DNA of 64,000 nucleotides from Phoronis australis (Eukaryota > Animalia > Phoronida): positions 65,255-129,254 of the forward strand of contig NMRA01000184.1 in NCBI GenBank assembly GCA_002633005.1, read 5' to 3'. Below, piece by piece: positions 38,734 to 50,700 of the stretch. The notes under the pieces were generated by a model. That model had not been told where the DNA came from. It searched no databases and saw nothing but the letters and a program-made list of their open reading frames with translations. The position numbers were made by a program, and so were the translations under genes. Numbering within the stretch: position 1 is the stretch's first letter; the number at the start of each line of letters is the position of its first letter.

Positions 38734-41700
38734 TCATCTTGTGAACAACCTCTCGTAATTTGCAATCAACAACTTGGTGAACGAGTTTATCTGACCCATA
38801 GCCATCAATGAGGCCTGTGTTCTTGACCACACCAGGTTGGGCCCGAATACAATGGCCAAGTTCTCAACGGTCATTTTGTTGACTTCCGAATGTTCAACAA
38901 CCTGCAAACAAAGCATCATAAAAAGTAATATTAGGTGAATATGCATTCCGGATAACTTCCAGTTAGGAAAAAAAATCCATTTAAAACGTCAATATAATTC
39001 AGACTTATCCATGTAGAGCAAAACGTACACATGGTGTACTTCACTTCCGTCAGTTTGGCCACTAGAGCATGCCAGTGACCTCGCCCCTCAGCCTAGCTTT
39101 TGCAACGTCATAGTGATCATTTGTTCAAGCAAAAATGTCTATCTTGATAAATAGTGTAATTGTAAAGGTCCCTCAATAAAACTGATTATCCCTATGGCAA
39201 CCCTTGTGCTAGGTTGTCTAAATGCAGTAAGACCCTGCAATTTTCCCAATTAAATACAAATCTAATGACCGATATTCAAAAATTTCCAACATTTCATTGT
39301 TAAACATTTTTCACAAAGTGTAATATTTCTACTATAAATCAAATTACAGTGGTTTAAAAATGTTGAGAACATGTTAATGTCACGCCTAAAATTACCTCCT
39401 GCAGGAAGCTGATGAGATACTTAAGCACTGTATAGTTGTCTTCAGGTAATTCCACACACAACAGCCGGTTAGTTTCATCCAGTTTCTCCTCTCCGTGTAA
39501 AGCTGAAACACACACAGAGACCATGACCAGGGTCACTACCAATATCCAAGGACTAGTGAACCGTGCTCAAAAAGCCTAGTGAGAATGCAGTATACATGTC
39601 AGCCATGTGATGTTAACCGTACTCTATTTTACAGGATATGCACACAAAACTTACTGTGAATTCTGATTACATAATCGTAGAGTTCAAATGTCATCAAAGG
39701 TTCGGGAAGTTCACGTAGGAAAATCTTCATAACAACAGCGGCGATGTTGACATCACTATAGTGGCTGTAATCAACTTTCTTGCCTGAAACAAAATGGAAG
39801 ATTACTTGAAGTAAGGATACTAAACATTTTTCATTTTATTTTAGATCAATACAATTAACAAAGTTTCCACCTTTTTACATTGCACATGAACTGCCACTAT
39901 CAAGACAATAAAGTATTGATGACATGTCATGTTGGTTAAGCACCAAAATTTGTCTTATGTCTTTTACTCATCATTACATATCATTCTCCTGGAGTGTAAA
40001 AATCCAGAAATTTCCACTGTCACGATCTAAATTAGAATCATGCTCCATTAAACTTGTCATTGTGTTGGTACAAAATACTGTGATTAAGCTGGTCAGAACT
40101 TATGGTCACACAAAGGAATCAACAGGTGAAAGTAAAGTCTAATTTTTCTGAAAGTGAACCGTTTTTCTCCATTTAAAGTTTTTTAGTGAAAGTATTTCGT
40201 ACAAAACACATCTGCTTCACAACATTTGTTGAAAGGTCTTTGCAAAATTTAACAATACTTTTTATAGTATATTTAAAAATACTATTTATAATATTTTGCA
40301 GTAAGTGTCAGGTGCTGTTTACAACATAATTGCTGGAATAAGTGACCAACAGATGAAAGCAGACAATAAGAGATCTGGACTATGTAAACATTGGTTTGTC
40401 ACTGTCAAACTGATGATGACACGGCTACATCCCGACAGTCGATCAATCGGGATACTCTTTTCACTGCACGGGTGCGTAACGTAATATTCCTTACAGAAAT
40501 AGGATTTTATTTCCATTACCAACACAAAAGCCAAAACCATAAGCGACTCGTGAAAACTCTGATTCCATTGGTGTTGGCCAAACCTAAAATTATGAATTAG
40601 AAAATGGCGCATATACGCATTGCCTGTTAGTTGGGATGTCAGCTCATTTGGCATTGACTTAATGAGATCAAATGAGCGTGCTGATGTTTTAAACCACAAA
40701 ACACTGTCTTCCGTTAAAAATTCAGCATTGACAGTTAAACAAGAGCAACGCAGAGCATTGAAATGCGCCCACAATTGCACCGCATACGGTATCCTTCTAG
40801 GGTTGTTTATTGGTACCATAAAGTGGCCAGTAGAGGGCATATATGTAGTATGTTGTACTTTGCAAAATGGAAAGGCATGGTCATTGTCTCCTCAATAGGC
40901 TAGGGGCAAAATGTGAGTGATCTTCATAATACAAGCACATCCTATACATCAGTTGCTTAAAGCACCACAGAAACATAGAATTAAAAACAAATTTACCAAC
41001 ATACGAGATTAGCACAGCATTAGAATGCCAGAAACAAATTTTTACTTGGAACTTTTCCTTCATAGTCACGAAATAACACAAAGTATACACCTGAAAACCT
41101 ATGAAAATACAGAGATCAATGTAAAATACTAAAATTGCCACTAGAGGCATACCGGTAGTCAGAATCATCCTAAAGTCGTCATCGTCCGTTGTCAACATCA
41201 CATAAATACACTTGCTAAATTTAGTAAAGATCCTGCAAACGGTTTGGGAGATACAGCCATGGGCGCAAAAAAAATGCCACTAGGAGGCGCCACGGTGATT
41301 AAAGTCATGGGAAATTCAGCGTCAACCGTCCTCTTCATAGTAAGAACATACATGCCAATTTTCACAATCATATTTAGAGCGGTTTGGTTGATAGAGGGGT
41401 GGACGCCAAAAAACAGACTCGAAAACACTAAAAATGGTCACTAGGTGGCGTAAACTATGTCGAATCCATCTGAAAACGGCAGGATAGCGTCATCTCACTA
41501 ATAGGTGCCTACATACCAAATTTCATGAAAATCCGTTCAGGACTTTTGAAGATACAAAGGTAAGCGTAAAAAACTAAAATTGCCACTAGGAGGCACACCG
41601 GTAGTCCGATCCGTCCGAAAGTTTGCAAATGCCGTCCCACTCATGAATGAAACATATGTGCCAAATTTCATGGACATATGTCAAAGGGTTTTGGAGATAG

Positions 41701-44700
41701 AGCAGCGGACGCCGGACGGACGCCGCCCGTACGGACGGACGGACAGACGGAGATGACGACATAATGCGTCCACATATAAATATGTGGGCGCATAACAAAG
41801 CGAAATGCCCTTTAACCAAATATGTCTAAATGACAGCACACCCGGCCATCACCCGTTACATAACCTCTACTGGCTCATTGCACTTACTGTCACGATGACC
41901 AAAAGCCAAGCAAAGTAACATAAATACCTTCGTTGAACAGCTGTTGAACCTGTTTAAGTAGTGTAGCATTAGCTGACCTCCTGAATATGCCTTCTGTCTT
42001 CAGTCCATGCTCTCTGACATAAGCAATGGATTCACTCATCACACGTGGAATGACCTCACCATTGTTCTTCATCTTTATGCTAACAACACAATGTATCAAT
42101 CTTAGGATACACCAAAGGAATGCAGAAGTGAGCTAAGAAAACACAATGCTAATAACACAATGTATTAATCTTAGGATACACCAAAGGAATGCAGAAGCGA
42201 GCTAAGAAAACACAGAGACAATTTTACTGAACTTGTGAGCTTACAAAAGAAAAATCTTTCATCTTGTGATACAACAGCTGGATCTGCGGTCACAGTTGAA
42301 TAAAAATGAAATAGTTAATGTCCTAGCAAATACGCTCACATCAAGTAATGTCTTCTGAACAAATAAAGGTTGCACTCATTGAGACAGTGAGGAAAGGTAC
42401 TCAGGTCACTGCATGACCATAGGGTACCTTACCTTATAGGCATGATGCCACACCCTGACATTCAGTGACTATGTATTGTTGAAGTAGAATATTGCCACTT
42501 ATGCTACTAAATATCAAGTCAAGGTTTGTCAAGAAACTGTTCTGTGCACAAAAAATGTCTTGAAAGATCATAGTTGGGTGTATTGTATGATCATGTATGA
42601 AAGAGAATAATTTGTTTGAGGTGATCACTATGAAAGAACAAATTGAAAAAAATGTCTGTCAAAAGTCTCAGCACAAAAGTGGCTCTGAAGCAGCAAACTT
42701 TGTTGCTAAAGAAAATCACTTGACTAAAATCACACTAAAGGTTCAAACTGACCATTGGTCAATGCAAACTAAGTGATTTAGAGATTCTTTGCTAGCACAG
42801 CTTCAGTGGCCACTGACCTACTGCTTAGAGACTTGTCTACGGACAATACCATGTTAGTCTGGAAACTTACAACTCTAAAGACATGCCAAACTGTTGCGTA
42901 TTCTGAGGTGCATAGTGAATCGATGTTGGCTCCATCTGTTTAGGTTTATTCTTCTCCAGCATAACAGCATCATAACTGAAATGGTTATAGAATATTGAAT
43001 AAGAGAGAAAGATTCATGAGCAACATTATTAATTACTCCAGTACCACCACTGATTGTAGAGAATTACAACATTATATCCAATTCACATTTTCATAAGAAA
43101 ATCACATGCCAGTTGAAAAATTTCCAAGAAAATTCAGTTTGAAAAATGGTGTGGATTTGGCAAAAATGACTGTAAGACAGATAGGACAGAACAGTGTCTC
43201 AAAGTCTAATTCAAATTCCAGTTTAGATCCTTAATGTCAAACATGAAATACGACTTTTGTTACTAGGAGACCAATTTTGTCTGCACTCTTAGTGAAAGTA
43301 TAGAATTGAAACACGGAAATTGTAAGGCAAAACAAGTAAAGATAGACATTCTTCAGGTAAAAAATACCAGTAATTATTATTCATTAACTTTTCACTGCTT
43401 TATTCAACGCCATACACAGCACCATCTTTGAGAGGCTTCACTTTAATTCATGTTTTGAGGTTGAACTAAGACTTCTAAGTAATAGAGCATTACAGTCGTG
43501 ATTCAAATTGTGAAAACCATACAAAACTATAATTTTTTTTCATGCCTATTACTAAGATTTTGAAAATGTAACCAGATATGATTGTTGGATTGCAGGTTGC
43601 GAAAGAGTTGTTCACGCTCAGTATTCTAGACGGGGCATGAGAACAAGCAGTGAGCATCACAAGTTTATTTACTAGAAACAAATAACAAAGTTATGATAGT
43701 TTGTTTACTCACTCTTTGACTCTCTCAGGAATATGCAGCTGATCAAGATGCAAGTGGTCTCTCAGTTCATGCAGGTAGTTAATGTACATCACCTTCTTAC
43801 CAAACTTAACACTGAAACAAAGGTAAACGGATTACGTAACATAACCATCATAACAAAGTTGACAGTGAAACAAAGGTAAATGGGTTAACTGTGTACATAG
43901 CCTTCCCTACCAAAACTTAACACTGTGACAAGGTGAATAGATTCATGTATACAGCCTTCTTACTAATCTCAACACTGAAACAAATTATTAAAAAGTATTT
44001 TACTTGAAACAAAGGCAAATGGACTAGTACCTAGTACATAGCTTTCTTACAAAAGAACATGAAAAACAAAATACAAAAGAACAAATGACCAGTGCACATC
44101 ACCTTCTAAAAAAGTTGACCAGCACAGAAGAACAAATAGGGCAAATGTGTTGATCAGGTCATACAAAACATAACACAATAAAACAAGGCTAAGTAAATTA
44201 CATTTTTGTTACCACACTACACTAAATTAAAACAAATAGTCCACATTTACGAGTCACTAAGAAACATCACCATCTTACCACCCTAAACACTGACACTAAA
44301 TGTAAGGTATACAAATGTGTTCATTTGCTTTTCAAATCCAAGTGTAGCCGATCAGGTGTATCTGATTCAAACACGATAATTGTAAAACAGTTAATGCTTC
44401 ATTATGAACTATTAATGAGAAAGTAACCATCACATTCTTATATTTCAAAAAGTATCAGTCATCAAGCTGGTGAGTCATACAACTTTGAGTTGCAGCACTT
44501 TCACTCAGGACAATCTTATTTGTGTGAAGGAGTCCTCAGACAAATGATGGCCAACAAGCATTTTGTGTCAGTCTCACATTCATTGTGCCATGTACAACTA
44601 AAATAAGAACAACACAGGACTACACCGGTCAGTTCTCAAACTAGTCAAAACTAACTAAGATAATTGTTTTAACTTACGTTGACCTGGAATAATGCCAGAC

Positions 44701-47700
44701 CAGGTTTCATAGTTCTTGTCTGGGTCTTATGACCGCAAAGTGCAACAACACCGTGTGACCAAAGGGAAAGAATGATCAAAACTGATAGTCACTTACAGGG
44801 GGTACGAGAATCTGAGAACCAGCTCGATGCACGTTATTATTCAGTGGAGAAAACTGGTTCTCAAACTGCGGGACCTTTGCAAGTGACTATGACCCAGTTA
44901 AGAGTACCTTATAATAGGCTTAAATACAATCCAGAGAAACTTGATGAAGTTTGTGGGATGAACCAAGTACAAAGCCTTCAAGTTCTTTTTGTATCTGCAA
45001 TGACATCATCAAACTATTGAACTTGTTAATAGGTACATGAACTGTATAGCAAGGTAACTATTGTGTGTGTGTGCACAACATAGCTAGGGAGACCCAATGC
45101 TTCGTTCTCATTTACTATGCCAGATGTAGCTGAAATTAGTCAAACTCTTCAGTTTTGGACATAATAAGACAGAAAAGCAAAATTTAATCCATTCCAATCA
45201 AATATCTTAAGAATTTGATTTCTAAAAATTAGTCCCTTGTCAACATGGGTTATACGATTACCACCAAACATTGTTTGGCAATGAGCACTTGGAGCAATAA
45301 GTAAAAAAATAATGAAAACTATTTTCGACAAAACATTAAGTAAATTTTCTAGAACATAGTATTTGCAGCACGGTTGACAAACTGCCTTTGTATAACCAGT
45401 CTAGAATCCTCTCGACGGGTACTTACTTGCGTTCAAAAGCTTGGTACGCCTGAACCATCCAACGGAAGGACACTTTGTTTCGACTAGATAAGCCATGATG
45501 GAAGTAGACTAAGGAGTAGTCATTCTCAACATACTGGTCTAAGGTGTGTTTCAAGTACCTGTGCCAAAGTTGGAAGGGTCACGTTACAGGTTCTCATATC
45601 AACTTTGAGTGAGGTATGTCTTGACTACTTAAATTTGGACTTTTAAACTTTCTACTGAAAATTATTAAACTATTGGGGTGAACCAAGTAATTTTGGTTTA
45701 AATTCAGAGCATTTTTATAATTGAGATCTGAGAATAAGTTAATGAAAAGTAAACTAAAAGTGGATTGGTTACAAATGCTTAACAGATATCAGAAATAACT
45801 TAGCTTGTGCTCCTAAATTGTAGTGTCACATTTAAGACCAGAGACAGTTGTATACAGTAAGTTAATACATGAACACAATTTACTGTTCAGGTATTATGTG
45901 ATGGTGAATAAGGGGTGATCTGTGCTCCATGCACTATGCTGTCCACCGTGACTTTGGAACGAGTACTGCACAACCTGCCCCTCAACAAACGAACGGTGCA
46001 TCACAAGCCAAAAAGTTAATTAAGGCAGTTAAAGAAGACTGGAATGTTGTAATAAAAACAACTAAAATAATTACATAGACATCGACAAATATGGAGATCG
46101 GATGACCAAAACTTACTGCAGCAGCTGGTTGTGGTCAATTTCTGTCCTATCAGGAAGTCGACACGCTGAGAAGATAATTACTTTTCTACCATACTGATCA
46201 TCACCTGTGTAAAATACAAAACTCCCGTTAGATTAGTCATCAACAAAGGCAACATTACACTGGTATAAGTTCTGCTCACAAAGTTAATACACAATACATA
46301 CACATGATCAATAAGAAGAGAAATGTTAGCGTATCCGATTTCATTTTAAATAGCCACTCTAGTCTTGAACTATTTCATTAAGATGTGTTGCAACCTGAAG
46401 GTTGAATTATCTCAATTTCAATCTCACTTCTCTCCTAATAGCCTGTGGGTGCATACAACTGCTGTCCTTTTCTCATTCTTCTTATGACTTTACACATTCA
46501 CAACGAAGATGTGGCTGACAGAGAACTTACAATAAACTCTGTTACTTGTCTAAGGACTGACGCTTTGCTTGACTAAGAGAGGTTTCAAATTCATGACCTT
46601 ACAGATGGGGAACTGAGTGACTGGGCAGCCACTGACAGCATATAGCAGTTTCTTATTATTTCCAGTAAGAACGTTGTTAAAGCTATATCGGTGACTGTTT
46701 TTTCTGTAATAAACTATTACTTTGGACTATTCCATGCCACACAATGGTGAGAGGTAAATATTTTGATTTTATTTTGTGATGTATACTATGTCTAAAAAAA
46801 CTGAGTCGTGAAATAAGGCAAGTTAATTGTCAGGCAGTCTGGACTTAATATGTGTTATTTATAATTCAATTAACTGATTCATTCTTATTTTATCATACTT
46901 TGAAGTTAAACACTATTGACCCACCAAAGAAGCAATCAATATAACATTAATTTCTATTCATTACACCAGTTTCCAACATTTAGTCTCCTGTTTAGTTTTA
47001 AAAAGAATAAGGCCCCTCCAAAGCCACCCATCATTTCTAAACATCTCTTCACAATACAAACCCCTTAACCTCAGAGGCTAAAAAATACCAAGCCACCGCC
47101 ATTATTGGCAACATACAAATCCAACAACCAGACAAGGAAGGCCCCTTCACACAGAGCCCCAAATTCTGTGTACAATTAGACTGATTACCTTTTTCCACAT
47201 ACAAGGACCAATTCTGACTCTCTGCAGATCAAGAGGATAGCAAAAAACAACTACAGCCAGGATAGCATCTTAGACACTTGAAACTTTTAAACAGTAAATG
47301 TACCAATACAATAGAAATGAAGAATCACGAAAAAAGCAATAACTTTTTTATTAACTGTCACCAACCCATGACATGCAGCCCAACAAAATAAAACATTAGA
47401 CAAAGCCCTTCATAGAACCGGTTACTAATTACCTGCAGTTTTCAGAGAATTTTTTTGATGGACTTGTATTCTTAAATCATTCCAGTGCTAAATTTGACAT
47501 CTAGGGTTAATTTGGTGAATATTACATGGGAAGACTCAAAGGGTCCCTTAAGGTATGATAAAAATTCTACAATTCAAGTGACGATAACAATTCATAAGCA
47601 TGCAAATTTTCTGCATTGTAAATGCTAACTTTTTTCTACAAATGTTCAAACTCTTACTTGTTTGTTGACAGTTTACTCTACAAATAATATTAACAACAAA

Positions 47701-50700
47701 AGACATTTTTACTGAGAAGTTTGACAAAATGAAACGAGACCTACACTGAACAGTCTTCCCCTGAACGGTGGTAGTAAGATATCAAAAACAGAAATTCTGA
47801 ATTTGAGCGACAACAACTGCACCCACGCAACCCACGCAGAGAAGGCAGTGTCACGAATTCTCACTCAATTTACCCCAACATACAATACGTCTTTGATTCA
47901 TCAAAGTAAAACTGCTGTGTCGAGCAAGACATCACAAACCTGCTACTTCAATAATTCGGTGTTTGGCTATCTGGTGGAACTCACTCTCCTGCATCTCATC
48001 CTCGTCCACCTAGAGCGATGAATAATGAACAATGAACTATTAATGATGAACAAGGAACAGCGAATGATGATCAGTGAATGCTGATTAATGAACAGTGAAT
48101 AATGAACTAGAAACAGAGAATGATAAATAAGGAACAGTGAACAATGATCAGTTAATGATAGACAGTGAATAATGAACAATGAACAGGGAATAATGAAGCA
48201 ACTGTAAATCATGATCACAGAGTAGTGAATTCAGTGAATAATGAAAAACTAGCAGTGAATGGTGAACAGAAACAATGAACAGTGGACAATAAACAATTAT
48301 CAGAAGCCAATGAACGATAAACAATTAACAGAAGTATGGAATTTAAAATCTAAATAACAAGAACTGCTTAGCAAAAATAAAAATACACAACCATATTGTG
48401 AGTCAATTAGAGGTGACCCCTTGCCGACAACTACAGCAGGGTCAGTCAATTAGTGCTGAAATGAAGCTCTTTAATGTCGTTTCTAATTATAAACCAGATA
48501 CAATCTTGATATAAAAACCTCAGCTGCTATGTATTAGAACCAATCCCACAGAACACACTCACTCAAAAATTACACCAAAAGTTGCAGCAAATACTAAATA
48601 TTGTACAAGCATCAAAAAAATAAAAAACAATGTCCACCACGTTAAATATACAAACACATTTTTTGTCTTTCAACAGAACCCTTAAATGAAACGTAACAAA
48701 TGGTGTCAAAGCCAATATTGACGGTGCATTTCCTTTCCACTCACAACATGAAAATCAAGAAACAGGCTGAGTAAGGTTATGCAGGACCATTAGGAAAATG
48801 AACTATTAAACATAGCTAACTCAGTAATGACTGATCGGACTCGAATGAAACTTTCAAGTACTACGCTTTATACACTGTTCTCAAAATGCTGTCATGAACT
48901 ATCTTCAAAATAATCTGCCTTTGCATGAGGGGCTATAGAAGTTGAACTTTTGTTATTTCTAAGAGAACAAAGTTGTACGTAATAAAAACAAAATGATAAT
49001 TTAGAAATCTTACAGCCTCTATAATTTTTATCTTGTACATTTATGAAATGTGGTCACTGTTGCTTTGCTATTTCTTTTTCATTAAATTTTACTAAAAAGA
49101 CATGGCACAAGACCCTAGGGGTTGCAGTTTTGTATTAAGTCAAACATCAAAATTTAAAAGGCTTACTCCTTTCAGAAAATATGTACTTTTACTTATGAAA
49201 CAATTAAATTCTAAAGTTTTACAGATAACTAGCAAAACACACTGACTTGTCGATAAAGTCCCACATAACCTTAGCTCTAACAGACTTCTAGTTTACTTTC
49301 CTTGCAAGGGTGAGCTATTGGAGTCTACAACAAAAATGAAAGCTAATATGAAATAGATACGAAGCGGATTGGTTTCAGCCAGTCATGTGGATGGTTTTAC
49401 GACACTCATTTTCACCTGAAAATGTCGGCCTACATGGGATGGAAGAAAGTTCTTTTCAGGGGGAAGGTAGATATATATTTGCTTATTTAAAGCCACATTT
49501 CGCACATAGCTGACTAAAAAATCGAATTCGCCCTTTTACTCCCATAAATCAATCTCATGGTATTCCTTACAATGATCAAAATCATCAGAGACTCAAGAAA
49601 ACGCTTCAGTGTTTATAGCGGTTGGCCAACCCTAAAATGCATCTTCAAAAAATGGCGCATGTACGCATTGCCAATGATGTAATCCGACCACGATAAGAAA
49701 TATGACAGATTTTATGACAGTAAAAGACCGACTGTATTTCAATTTTCATTTTTATTCAGGCAAAACATGGCAAAATACACCTTTTAAGTAATCTGGGCCC
49801 AATTGGTCTGATCTCTGTCTATAGCTAACTAGTCTCAAAAATTGACCAATCACATGTCACTCTCGGAATAAACATACAAATTTGTACTCAAATAATACTA
49901 TGTGATTGGTTAGATTTTTTACTCTAAGTAGAGTCTGAGTTATGATATTAGACCCTCGGGCCTCTGGTTTATGATTTAAATTCTGGGTAGTGACAATGAA
50001 GGAGATCTCCAGCAAATCTGGGTAATACCGTCAAACACTCCCTTACCTGTGATGGGGACCCTAGTTGTTCCTCAAAGTCTTCATCAATAAGACCATCAGG
50101 CGTTATAGCACCGGTTCGGTTCTCCTCCTTGTTCAATTCTATCAGAACAAATAAGACACTGATTAATAACAGTGGATATGAAAACAGCTGCAATTTGGTT
50201 CTACGACTTTCGCAAAGATCACGAATTAAATGTATCACACCATACCTCCTACCACAGCTAATGATGTCATGAGCTAGAATACGTAGACGATCAAAAGCAA
50301 TCTCACAAAATGACCAGAATTCCTTGACATGGTTTCTGGGCCGGGTATACGGAGAATTCGTCATCATAGTAAGTGTCCATCATGGAAAGAAATGGCAGAG
50401 AATGAACTAGACAGTTAGCAGAGTGGAAACGCTTTTAAGAATTTTTTTAACTTGAGTAAAATAAGTTAAAGTAAAAATAGATGTTGCTAAGACAACATTT
50501 GCTGAAACTAGCCAAGATGATGGGAGAAATAACATTTTGTCCAATACTTTAAGCGTGTATTACCACTATGTTGGGTCACATTAAAGGTGCATAGACCTTT
50601 TACAAGATCAGAAGCAGGGTGACCTTTGTCCCATTTTCAATCCTTCATGAATGATGCATAGTGCCAAAATCTTGCTTTGCCAAATTCACGCTCCATACCA

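Noticed and set aside
40319-40898. 173-aa and neighbouring ORFs in an ARHGAP intron
   Set aside because: No recognisable domain, and they overlap a dispersed repeat also found at about 49.6 kb.
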